NCBI GenBank assembly: GCA_004299305.1
Contig: SCPZ01000109.1
Location: 44,918 to 108,917 of the forward strand
From: Methylobacter sp.
GTDB taxonomy: Bacteria > Pseudomonadota > Gammaproteobacteria > Methylococcales > Methylomonadaceae
Direction: 5' to 3'
DNA: 64,000 nucleotides
Each line of letters opens with the position of its first letter. The first letter of the stretch is position 1. The notes under the pieces were generated by a model, which searched no databases, was not told the origin of the DNA, and saw only the letters and a list, made by a program, of their open reading frames with translations. Position numbers and translations under genes: made by a program. Of this stretch, positions 9,567 through 18,905 are shown piece by piece.

Positions 9567-10577
9567 ATGGCTTGGCTGCTTTCTTGCTGGTTTCTGGGTT
9601 TTTGTGCTTCTGCACAGGCGACGCCCATACCGGTTCGCACCCAAACGCTGGCGGACTTGGCGATTTATCCCGAGTCAGCAGCTCCGGCTGTCGTCGTGAG
9701 CCTGAATGATGCGCCCATCGCCGCCCAAGTAGATGCCTTAGTGGTCGATGTGCCGGTTCGGGTAGGCGATACGGTCAAAGCCGGGGCAACGCTGGTTAAG
9801 CTGGCCTGTCGTGATTTTGAACTGGAACAGTCGAGGTTGAAAGCGGAACGACAAGCCATTCAGGCGCGCCTGGAACTGGCGCAGTGGCAGCTCAAACAGG
9901 CGGAAACTCTGGCCGCACAGCAAACTCTGCCGGAAGAACAGGTACAGGAGAAACGCTCGCAACTGGCGGTGTTACGCGGCGACCTTGCCGCTCACGGCGC
10001 ACGTATCGAAATCACCGACCGTCAGATAGACCATTGCACCGTAAAAGCGCCTTTCCCAGGCGTGGTAACGGCGCGTTTAATCGCGGTAGGGCAATTTGCA
10101 TCGCAAGGCACAGCCTTGGTGCGGCTGTTGGATATGACTCGGCCCGAAGTGTCCGCACAGGTATCCAGCCGCGAAACCGATGCTTTGCGTCAGGCAAAAA
10201 CATTGGTCTTTGAACACGACGGCAAGCACTATCCGTTGAATTTACGGGCGGTACTGCCGACCATCCATACCGAAACCGGAACACAGGAGGTACGCTTGGA
10301 TTTCACTGAACTACACAGCGATCCCGGCGCCGCCGGTCGATTGATTTGGCAGGAGGGTGTGCAGCATGTTCCAGCCGAATACCTGGTGCAGCGTGGCGGC
10401 CAGCTCGGCGTATTTATTATGTCCGACGGCAAAGCGCATTTTCATGCGCTTCCCGGCAGCCAAAGCGGGCGGCCTGCCACTATCTCGCTTCCGTCTGAAA
10501 CTCAGTTAATCGTCACCGGTCAGTTCGGCTTGAGCGAAGAATCGGATGTAAAGGCTGAGCCGTTGAAAGGACGCTAA
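9567..10577 (+). CDS. RND efflux periplasmic adaptor (MFP)
   Basis: Lipoyl/barrel halves (VRVGDTVKAG; VKAPFPGVV) around a coiled coil; first gene of an MFP-RND-TolC trio. ATG 9567 preferred over 9453. Confidence 0.9.
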   Translation: MAWLLSCWFLGFCASAQATPIPVRTQTLADLAIYPESAAPAVVVSLNDAPIAAQVDALVVDVPVRVGDTVKAGATLVKLACRDFELEQSRLKAERQAIQARLELAQWQLKQAETLAAQQTLPEEQVQEKRSQLAVLRGDLAAHGARIEITDRQIDHCTVKAPFPGVVTARLIAVGQFASQGTALVRLLDMTRPEVSAQVSSRETDALRQAKTLVFEHDGKHYPLNLRAVLPTIHTETGTQEVRLDFTELHSDPGAAGRLIWQEGVQHVPAEYLVQRGGQLGVFIMSDGKAHFHALPGSQSGRPATISLPSETQLIVTGQFGLSEESDVKAEPLKGR

Positions 10578-10581
10578 CCGG

Positions 10582-13500
10582 ATGCTTAAGCGTTTTTATC
10601 AAAATCACGTACTGGCTAACCTGGCCTATGCATTGGTGTTGTTGTTAGGTTTGTTCGCCTACGGGAGTTTGGCGCGCGAAGAGTTTCCCGATGTAAACCA
10701 AAATTTTATGAGCGTGTGGATAGGCGTGCCGGGGCTTTCAGCAGAAGACATTGAGCAACGCCTAACCCTGCCTTTCGAGCAACTGTTGCACGCTCGATTG
10801 GCCGATGTGCGAACCATCTCAAGCACTACCGGCGCCGGGTTTTCCTCCACTTTACTTCGCTTTAACTCGCTGGACCGGGCGACTTTTGAAAAACGCGGCG
10901 CAGAACTGCGCCGCGAAGTTCAGGCGGCTTATGCGACGATCTTTCCCAAAGAAACCACGATCTATTGGGTTTGGGGCGACACCGGTTCGGTCACTCGTAG
11001 CGTCGGCACCGTGCTCGTGCAGGGCGGCGGCGATCCCGAGCGATTCAAAGCCACTATACGAGAAATCAAACGCGATTTGGAGAGGATTTCCGGCATCGAG
11101 AAACTTGATTATTACGGCTATTCGGAATCGGAAATTCACATCGCATTTCATCCCGAACAGCTTGAAGGTTTGGGGCTGCGTCCGCTGGATATTGCCGATA
11201 CGGTAAGCATTTATTTGCGTGACGAAGCGGCAGGGCCGGTAGCGTTGGGCGACAAGGAGTGGCTGGTGCGGGTGGTGGGTAGCGGCAATCTTCCGTCACG
11301 TCTGGCCGAGCTGTCCATAGTCGGCGCTCATGGCGTGGTCAAGCTGGGCGACATCGCCGAGATTGTGCGGAGCGACAACAGTTTCAATCCTATGCCCCGT
11401 AGCGATGGCGTACCGGCCGGGTTATTTTCGCTGTATAAGAAGAATGCTGCCGATGCCTTCGAGGTGATTAAACAAGTGCAGCAATTTATCGATGCGCGCA
11501 ATGCCGAAAGCGGGCGTACCGGGGTAAAACTGCTGCTCGCCGAGGATGAGACGGTTCGTACCCGAAGCGCTATCTCTATCATGGAGCACAAGGCTTGGTG
11601 GGGCTTGCTGCTGGTGCTGATCATGACCTGGGTATTTCTGGGTTCACGGCTTGCTGCGTTGTGTACTCTCGCAGTTCCCTTTGCTTTGGGCGGAACCTTC
11701 CTGATGTTGCAGGCGGCGGGCATGACGTTGAACACCAGCGTGTTGCTTGGCGTGATGATCGCCCTCGGGATGCTGGTTGATTATGCGGTGGTCGTGGTCG
11801 AAGCGATTGCCTACCGGATCCGGCAAGGCATGGCGGCATTGGATGCTGCGCTTGATGCGTTAGGCGAAGTCGGAACGCCTGTGATCAGTTCGTTTCTTAC
11901 TACGATTGCGGCGTTTTTGCCGTTGGCGCTGCTGCCTGGATTTCTAGGCGGTATCATGCGCGTAGTGCCGATTGCAGTGACCGCTGCATTATTGGCGGCA
12001 CTTATAGAAGCATTGTGGATGTTGCCCGCCCACATCGCGGCATTGGGTCCGGCGCTGGCGAGTCCTTCGCGATTCCAGGCAAAGCGCACCCAAGCCAGCT
12101 ATTGGTTGCGAGTCCGCTACACTCGCCTGTTGTTGGGTTGCCTGCGCCATCCCGGACGGGCATTTTTTCCAGCCTTGCTTGCCTTTGGCATAGCCGGAGC
12201 GGCGCTGATTTGGGGTTGGGTTGCGGTCGATTTTTTCCCCAAGGAACCTACCCGTTCGTTTACGGTACAGGTCCAATTTCCGCCCGGTACTAAAGCCGAC
12301 AGCACCTATCCGGTATTCGAGGCTATGGAAGCGCGTGTCCGTGCAGCACTGACTATCGATGAACTACAGACTATCGTGACGCTTCCGCCGGAGGAACTGC
12401 GGGTATATCTCGCCCCGAATGGCCGGAAGTTGCCTGACATATTGGCGCTGATTGAGCCTTCACTACAGCAAGTTATAGGCCCTACTGAAGTATCAATCCT
12501 CGGGCAATCCAGCGGCGGCCCGCAAGGCGCGCCGATCAAGGCGAAATTGACCGGTTCGGATTTTCTTGCCTTGAGGTTGGCTGCTGACGATTTGCAAGCC
12601 GCGATAAGCAAGCATCCGGCCTTTAGCAATATGCACAGCGATTATCAGGGCGGCGCGCCGCAGCTGGATTTGCGCCTCAACGGCGTCGCCATCCAGCGTA
12701 GCGGCGTTGCCCCGGAAACAGTCTTACGCACCGTTAAACTGCTGGTGCGCGGCGAAGTCGTGGCCGGCTACCGAGAAGGCGCCGACACGATTGGGGTTAG
12801 GGTGATGTCCAAAACAGCGCCGTATCAAGACCTCGATGCCTTATTGCGGCAAACGGTCGCCCGTCCCGGCGGCGGCGCGGTGCCGCTGGCCGATTTGGTC
12901 GAAGCGGAACGCCGCGAAGGTCCGCAGATGATCCATCATTACAATTATCGGCGCGTGATCACCCTGGAAGCCAACCTGGATGCAAAACAGATGAATGTGA
13001 GCGATGCCAATGACTGGATCGCCAAACAGTGGCAGACCTTCAGTACAGCACACCCCGAAGTGAAACTGGATTTGACCGGCGAGATCGAAGACATCAAGGA
13101 GAGCCTGGGTGGCCTTCGCCATCTGGCGTTTCTGGGCTTGGGCCTGATCTTTTTGATTCTGGGCGCGCAATACCGCAGCTATTTGCAGCCTGCGCTTATC
13201 TTGCTCAAAGTGCCGATGGGATTTGCTGGGGTTATTTTGGGGCTGCTCATCTCGCGGGAGCCGGTTAGTCTTTATACGCTGTACGGCGGCGTAGCGCTGG
13301 CCGGGATCACCGTCAACTCGGCCATTTTGTTGTTTTCCGCCGCCAATGACCGGGTCGAAGCGGGCATGAACGTCGTTCATGCGGCCTTCTATGCCGCACG
13401 GCGACGGCTGATTCCTATCCTCATTACCTCCTTTGCCACGATGGCCGGGCTGCTGCCTCTGGCTGTAGCCGGGGACGAAGCCTCTTCGCTTTGGCGGCCT

Positions 13501-13620
13501 GTGGCTACGGCTATTGTTTGGGGCTTGGGTTTTTCAACCTTGCTGACCCTGTTCGTGGTGCCGCTCATTTATCGCTTGGCGATAGGTTGGACACAAAACA
13601 GGGTAAGAAAATCGACATGA
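10582..13620 (+). CDS. RND efflux permease (AcrB/CusA superfamily) with atypical proton-relay residues
   Basis: 1012 aa, two repeats of TM plus large periplasmic domain; GMLVDYAVVVVE (TM4), GITVNSAILL (TM10), RRRLIPILITS (TM11), AIVWGLGFSTLLTLFVVP. Confidence 0.92.
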   Translation: MLKRFYQNHVLANLAYALVLLLGLFAYGSLAREEFPDVNQNFMSVWIGVPGLSAEDIEQRLTLPFEQLLHARLADVRTISSTTGAGFSSTLLRFNSLDRATFEKRGAELRREVQAAYATIFPKETTIYWVWGDTGSVTRSVGTVLVQGGGDPERFKATIREIKRDLERISGIEKLDYYGYSESEIHIAFHPEQLEGLGLRPLDIADTVSIYLRDEAAGPVALGDKEWLVRVVGSGNLPSRLAELSIVGAHGVVKLGDIAEIVRSDNSFNPMPRSDGVPAGLFSLYKKNAADAFEVIKQVQQFIDARNAESGRTGVKLLLAEDETVRTRSAISIMEHKAWWGLLLVLIMTWVFLGSRLAALCTLAVPFALGGTFLMLQAAGMTLNTSVLLGVMIALGMLVDYAVVVVEAIAYRIRQGMAALDAALDALGEVGTPVISSFLTTIAAFLPLALLPGFLGGIMRVVPIAVTAALLAALIEALWMLPAHIAALGPALASPSRFQAKRTQASYWLRVRYTRLLLGCLRHPGRAFFPALLAFGIAGAALIWGWVAVDFFPKEPTRSFTVQVQFPPGTKADSTYPVFEAMEARVRAALTIDELQTIVTLPPEELRVYLAPNGRKLPDILALIEPSLQQVIGPTEVSILGQSSGGPQGAPIKAKLTGSDFLALRLAADDLQAAISKHPAFSNMHSDYQGGAPQLDLRLNGVAIQRSGVAPETVLRTVKLLVRGEVVAGYREGADTIGVRVMSKTAPYQDLDALLRQTVARPGGGAVPLADLVEAERREGPQMIHHYNYRRVITLEANLDAKQMNVSDANDWIAKQWQTFSTAHPEVKLDLTGEIEDIKESLGGLRHLAFLGLGLIFLILGAQYRSYLQPALILLKVPMGFAGVILGLLISREPVSLYTLYGGVALAGITVNSAILLFSAANDRVEAGMNVVHAAFYAARRRLIPILITSFATMAGLLPLAVAGDEASSLWRPVATAIVWGLGFSTLLTLFVVPLIYRLAIGWTQNRVRKST

Positions 13621-14951
13621 AACGATACCGTCAAGCCACCCTGAGTTTGGTTGTTGTTTTATTTGGCGCACCGCTTCAAGCAAACGACCTTCTTTCCGTC
13701 TATCAAGACGCTGCACGGGAAGATCCGCAACTGGAACGAGCGCGGGAATCCCTTGCCGCAATTCAGGAGACCCAGTCCCAGGCTAGTGCGGCGCTGTTTT
13801 TGCCCGAAGCGACCGCCACTGCCAACATCAATCAGGATTCCCAGAGCGTTCAGTTTAGTGGAGCGAGTGCAACAGGCGCCAGTGGACGCAGTCATTTTAA
13901 AAGTGGCGGTTATATGCTGAACCTGACACAACCGTTGCTGCATTATGACCGGATTATTGCTTGGCGGCAGGCGGACAGTCGCATTGCCCAGGCTGAAGCC
14001 GAATATGCCGCAGCAGAAATTGCACTGATGTTGCGGGTTGCCGAACGCTATTTCGACTTGCTTGCCGCCAAAGAAAACCTCCAGTTTGCCAAGGCGCAGC
14101 AGGAAACGCTGGGCCGCGGACTGAATGAGACCCGGCAGCGTCAAGCCGTGGGATTCCTAGCGATGACTGACGTGCAGGAAGCCCAGGCAGGATACGATCG
14201 GGCCTTGGCGGATACCGTTGAGGCCGAACATTTGCTGCGCGATGCGAAAGAAAGTTTGCAGGAAGTCACGGGCGCGGACTATGACCGGCTTGCCGCTTTG
14301 CGGGATGAAATACCGTTGGTCAAACCCGATCCAGCCATTGAGGAAGATTGGGTCGGTCAGGCATTGCGACAGAATATAGGACTGCTGGTCAGCGAACAGG
14401 CTGCGCAAATAGCAAAAGCGGCAATCGACATCCAGCAAGCCGGGCATTTGCCTACCTTGGATGCCGTCGGCAGTCATAGTTTTTCGACTTCAGGCGGGCG
14501 TTTCGGTACTGCGGATATTGAGGACAGTGTTGTCGGCTTGTCTCTGAACGTGCCGCTTTATCAGGGCGGACGCGTTAATTCAAGAACGCGGGAAGCTGAG
14601 CACCGCTATCGTGCTGCGCTTGCTACCTTAAAACAGGAACAGCGGGCGGTGCATCGGGCCGCCAGCAACGCCTTTCTGGGCGTGGTGGCGGGTATCAGCC
14701 GGGTCAGTGCCTTGCAACAGACCTTGCGTTCAAGCGAGACCGGGGTCAATGCGACTGAAGCCGGTTTTAGAGCCGGTCGCCGCACCGCGCTGGATGTTAT
14801 CGTCGCCGAGCGCGAACGGCTGCGCGCGCAAAAAGACTATGCCCGCGCCCGTTACGATTATTTGCTTAACACGTTGCGCTTGAAACAGGCGGTAGGGACA
14901 TTATCGCCCGCTGATCTTGCGCAGGTTAATGAGTGGCTTGAAGCTACTTAG
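13617..14951 (+). CDS. TolC-family outer-membrane efflux protein
   Basis: MKRYR signal peptide starts at an ATGA overlap with the RND stop; DLLSVYQDA, LPTLD, GRRTALDV, ARYDYLLNTLRLKQAVGTL. Confidence 0.93.
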   Translation: MKRYRQATLSLVVVLFGAPLQANDLLSVYQDAAREDPQLERARESLAAIQETQSQASAALFLPEATATANINQDSQSVQFSGASATGASGRSHFKSGGYMLNLTQPLLHYDRIIAWRQADSRIAQAEAEYAAAEIALMLRVAERYFDLLAAKENLQFAKAQQETLGRGLNETRQRQAVGFLAMTDVQEAQAGYDRALADTVEAEHLLRDAKESLQEVTGADYDRLAALRDEIPLVKPDPAIEEDWVGQALRQNIGLLVSEQAAQIAKAAIDIQQAGHLPTLDAVGSHSFSTSGGRFGTADIEDSVVGLSLNVPLYQGGRVNSRTREAEHRYRAALATLKQEQRAVHRAASNAFLGVVAGISRVSALQQTLRSSETGVNATEAGFRAGRRTALDVIVAERERLRAQKDYARARYDYLLNTLRLKQAVGTLSPADLAQVNEWLEAT

Positions 14952-15074
14952 GAATGAGGCACGAAATAACTTAGGCAAGTTGCCAATAGTCGGAGTGCAG
15001 GCTTCGCCTGCGTGCGCAAGCAAAGCTTGCACTCCTGCCGCATACAGTTGTCCACTTTATTTCATGCTCGTTCC
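14951..15074. mobile_element. MITE shell type F1 (GGAATG.GCACGAAATAACTT ends), 124 bp
   Basis: TTA duplicated at 14948-50 and 15075-77 around GG...CC. Near-complete reverse-complement copy at 48461-48605. Left end overlaps the tolC stop. Confidence 0.85.
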
Positions 15075-15077
15075 TTA

Positions 15078-15343
15078 GGAATGCGCACGAAATAACTTGA
15101 ACAGATAACATCCCTTGAAGGGATGGTAAGTATTCAGAGCCCTTGGCTTCATGCGGTTGGCTTAGCCATTAAATGGTTCGTTTAGAATTTTATGGCTAAA
15201 ACATCCTATTGAAAAATATATTGTTACCCCAAGACCTTCCAGGTTTTAAAAACCTGGAAGGTCTAAATATACGGTCGGGGTCTGAATAGTTACAAGGGAT
15301 GTTATCTGTAAATTGGCTGTATGAGTTATTTAATTTTCATCCC
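15078..15343. mobile_element. Second F1 MITE in tandem, containing a palindrome interrupted by an F3 MITE
   Basis: Left end GGAATGCGCACGAAATAACTT, degenerate right end AGTTATTTAATTTTCATCCC, TTA on both sides (15075-77, 15344-46). Confidence 0.65.
15126..15293. mobile_element. MITE shell type F3 (IS66-like ends) carrying a 33-bp palindrome
   Basis: Ends GTAAGTATTCAG...CTGAATAGTTAC; perfect 8-bp duplication AAGGGATG (15118-25, 15294-301); internal AGACCTTCCAGGTTTT-A-AAAACCTGGAAGGTCT. Confidence 0.9.
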
Positions 15344-15438
15344 TTAGTATTCAGTCTGTATTCGTAAGCGATTGCGTAATATGCCGGAATTATTATTCTG
15401 GTTGAAATATATATCAATTTCATCTGTAAGGTTTATAT

Positions 15439-16809
15439 ATGGCTAATATTGTTTTTTGCTTTCCTCCCATAACCAGTACTATTAATTCGAGTTTACGATT
15501 GGCTAGGCTGCTAAAAAGCGGGGGGCATAACGTTAGCTATATTGGAATTCTTGATTGTAAGTCCAATGTGCGCGCCAATGGATTTGATTTTTTTTCAGTA
15601 TATGAAAAATGGTTTCCGAAGGGGTGGTTTGATGATTATTTCGTAAAATCACAATCTTCACTTGATAGCGAACATACTATTAAAAGAGATGTTGCTGGTA
15701 ATTTTAATGACTTTTTAAATTACATTATCAATGGCGGGGATAGTGAACTGGCTTTAATATTAAAAGATATAAAACCGGATATTGTTCTTATATCGACATC
15801 GGGTATTGATTCTGTCGTTTGGGCTTTACTGATGCATAAGATGAATTACAAAAGTATTTATGTTTTTGATATTTTGGGAGGTGTGGTAAATCATACCGTC
15901 CCTCCGGTGCATACCGGATTAATTTCAACTGGCAGTTTATGGTCATCGCTAAAGACTTTGTTGGTATGGTGTGTTTTTTATTTTAAAAAAATAAAAATAC
16001 AAAAAATTTTAACGAAAAACGGTTTTGATATTTTTTCGAATAAAAAAATACTCGGACTGGCTGATTATTGTCGATATCCATCCGAAGATATTAGCTTTTT
16101 TAATGATATGTCCGGTCCGCTGTTAAAGTTGCCTGAATTGGTTCTTTTTCCAAAACGCTTTGATTTTCCAGGGGTAAAAAAGACAGGGCGATATTATGCC
16201 GAGGCTTCAATTGATTTAGACCGGGAGCAAGCTTCTTTTCCTTGGGAGAAAGTAATTGAATCGCAACCTATCGTGTATGCGGCATTAGGCACTCTTCCGT
16301 TATTGGCTAAAGCCGATTATGAAAATTTCTTTCGCATAGTGATAGACGCATCACTCAAGTGGCCTGAATGGAATTGGGTGCTCTCGATTGGTAATAATTT
16401 GACGGTGGATGATTTTGAGTCTGTTCCTGCTAATGTGATTATCGTCAATCGTGTCCCACAGCTGGAGTTGTTAAAAAAAGCATCATTAATGATTACTCAC
16501 GGAGGGCCTAATTCCGTTAAGGAATGCATATTTTTTGGCGTCCCAATGATAGTTTTTCCGTTATGGTTTGATCAGCCCGGCAATGTGGCAAGAGTGACTT
16601 ATCATGGCTTAGGTCTGAAAGGCGACTTTAAGACAATTACCGCCAAAGAATTACAGGATCTTATAGAAGAAGTGACTGTTAATCCTGAATTCAGGGAACG
16701 TACAAAAGCCATGCAAAAATATTTTATCGAAACTGAACAAGCCAAACCCAGCCTACAGTTAATTGAAAGATTTATAATGCAAGCTAATATTCCGCCTTTT
16801 TTGGATTAA
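15439..16809 (+). CDS. Family-1 glycosyltransferase, copy 2
   Basis: Same motifs as copy 1; nt 16132-16777 are ~98% identical to 6571-7216, while the 5' half is diverged. Confidence 0.92.
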   Translation: MANIVFCFPPITSTINSSLRLARLLKSGGHNVSYIGILDCKSNVRANGFDFFSVYEKWFPKGWFDDYFVKSQSSLDSEHTIKRDVAGNFNDFLNYIINGGDSELALILKDIKPDIVLISTSGIDSVVWALLMHKMNYKSIYVFDILGGVVNHTVPPVHTGLISTGSLWSSLKTLLVWCVFYFKKIKIQKILTKNGFDIFSNKKILGLADYCRYPSEDISFFNDMSGPLLKLPELVLFPKRFDFPGVKKTGRYYAEASIDLDREQASFPWEKVIESQPIVYAALGTLPLLAKADYENFFRIVIDASLKWPEWNWVLSIGNNLTVDDFESVPANVIIVNRVPQLELLKKASLMITHGGPNSVKECIFFGVPMIVFPLWFDQPGNVARVTYHGLGLKGDFKTITAKELQDLIEEVTVNPEFRERTKAMQKYFIETEQAKPSLQLIERFIMQANIPPFLD

Positions 16810-16873
16810 TTTTGGATTAATTAATGTAGTCAATACAGCTCTTTATGTTATTCAATTAATGTTGAGGGGCGTT

Positions 16874-17038
16874 GTAGATATTCAGCCCCTTAGCGCCATA
16901 CGGTTGGCTTAACCATTAAACGGTTCGTTTAGAATTTTATGGCTAAATCATTCTATTGAAAAATATATTGTTACGCCAAGACCTCCCAGGTTTTAAAAAC
17001 CTGGAAGGTCTAAATACGGTCGGGATCTGAATAGTTAC
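16874..17038. mobile_element. F3 MITE, direct-repeat sister of 15126-15293
   Basis: About 17 differences over ~165 nt by manual alignment; ends GTAGATATTCAG...CTGAATAGTTAC; target duplication not clean. Confidence 0.8.
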
Positions 17039-17171
17039 TAGGAGGCGTTGCCTCAATTGTGTCCGGATAGCTTGCCGATTTTAAGTCGAATCGGGTGTTT
17101 GTAAAGATTATTGCCATAAATTCAAATGGCAGACGGGATGCAAACAAATCCCGTCTCTGTTCATTCTCGGG

Positions 17172-17390
17172 CTATTGCGATGCCGTTTGTTGCATATGTA
17201 TCTGTAAGCTTAGCGGACGCATATCGGTCCAGGCTTCTTTGATGTAATCCAAACATTCCTGTTTGTTGCCGGTTTTGCCGACCGTTCGCCAGCCGCCCGG
17301 TATTTCTTTGTATTCCGGCCAAATTGAATATTGTTCTTCGTGATTGACCACAACTTGGTAAATAGTCGTATCTTCGTCGTCCCAAGCCAT
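17172..17390 (-). CDS. mbtH: MbtH-like NRPS accessory protein
   Basis: [15 protein letters not shown]...IPGGW...[17 protein letters not shown] signature; GGAG RBS before ATG 17390. Confidence 0.97.
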   Translation of the reverse strand: MAWDDEDTTIYQVVVNHEEQYSIWPEYKEIPGGWRTVGKTGNKQECLDYIKEAWTDMRPLSLQIHMQQTASQ

Positions 17391-17488
17391 TGTTTTTCTC
17401 CGTTGATAGGTAATTGTTGTAAATAACCATGCCATTTATTGCGATGGCTTGGTTTCCGTAGAGTAGACGATAGAAGCGCTAGAATACC

Positions 17489-17992
17489 TCACAGGTCCAA
17501 TCGTTGGTTTTTGAAATGCTTACGGCAGTGCAGCAGCGCTTTGGCTATATGTTTTTCAACGGAGCTGTCGGATATGCCGAGTTCCTTGGCGGTTTCGGTA
17601 TAGGTCATGCCGTAAACTCTATTCAGGACAAATATTTCTCGGGTGCGCAACGGCAACTCCTCAAGTATCAGGGTAATGGCGGCTAACCTTTCATTGACGG
17701 ATGCAAGTTTTTCGGCAGAGGGAAATTCGCTTGGCGGGGGGAGGGTTTGTTCTTTGGTTTGCTGGTAATTTTCCGTTACTTTTCGATGCTTGATGTGGTC
17801 GTAAGCGAGGTTTTTAGCAATTCGGAACAGAAAGCCGCGCGGATGATCGATAGTTTGTTTTTGCGCTTCACGGAAAAAAATAATGAAGCTTTCTTGAGCG
17901 ATGTCGGCGGCTATATCAGGGCAGTCGACAATCCGAGTCAAATGAAACTGCAACTCAGACCGGTGATTTAAATAAATGGCTTCTATGTTCAA
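17489..17992 (-). CDS. ECF sigma factor, FecI/PvdS/FpvI (iron-starvation) class
   Basis: AADIAQESF, FLFRIAKNLAYDH, LEELPLRTREIFVLNRVYGMTYTETAKELGIS..VEKHIAKAL. Confidence 0.92.
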   Translation of the reverse strand: MNIEAIYLNHRSELQFHLTRIVDCPDIAADIAQESFIIFFREAQKQTIDHPRGFLFRIAKNLAYDHIKHRKVTENYQQTKEQTLPPPSEFPSAEKLASVNERLAAITLILEELPLRTREIFVLNRVYGMTYTETAKELGISDSSVEKHIAKALLHCRKHFKNQRLDL

Positions 17993-18905
17993 GATTAAAT
18001 CCCTCTTTTATTATTGTTAGGAATATTTATTTTGCTGTTCCGGCGGCATCTGAATAAGGGCGCTATGGCTTCCCGTGCTTGGGCTTTCAAGCCTATCCGT
18101 TAAGCGTGTAGCGAATCCAGTCTACATGGAGGTCATGGACCGACATCCACGGAACTGGATATCCGTTTCCCGGTCGGCATGACGGGTTACTTGGATATTT
18201 GTGAAAGATCAGGGCTTGAGCTTGGAAATTAGCGAGCATATGTGAGTCCATATTTCTTATTTACCCCGCTCCTGTACGATGCGTAGGGTATTGAATAAGC
18301 CGAGTCTGCACGGCAAGTTAAGTTGCCGTCCAATATGTCGTTATGTTTGTTGTCGATGCTTAAAGGCATGTGTTTGGTATGGAAGTCTATTTGAGATGCT
18401 CTGTTACTTTGCACTCGGCGATGCGGTGATTGATACATTACTCTGGCTGCTTTTATTTTGTAAAGCAATGAATATGCCAGATTTTTGTTATAGTGATTTC
18501 AATTGTTTGTCTATAAGTGCAGGATATGAATTTGAAAGAAGCGGCATATAACGTATTTACAATGCGTTATATAACATAGTTTTTTAAGCGAGGCGCGGAC
18601 GTCGCTACTGCGAACGGTGTGATTACGGGGGGAAGCAAGTTTAAGGCTGGGCGATTTTACAGATAATATCCTTCAATCCCAGCGTAGATTGCTTGCCTGA
18701 TTAGCGCATAAGGGATACGGATTTTTTTCATGAACCTGGCAATCGGGGTCATATTAGGCAGTATTTTTGGCGGAGCGGATGAGGTTAAAACGGCCTTAAA
18801 GCGTCCTATTATTGGGCCTGATTTGGCTTTGAGGCCTGATATGCGGCATAGGTTTTGTTCTAACGCATTGAATTGTGTATCCGCGAGCTTAAAGGAAAAT
18901 ATTTT

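Noticed and set aside
18000-18905. Small ORFs as RiPP or methanobactin precursors
   Set aside because: There is no convincing RBS, leader or Cys-core pattern and no mbnB/mbnC-like gene. Part of the region (~18110-18190) is a decayed repeat module.
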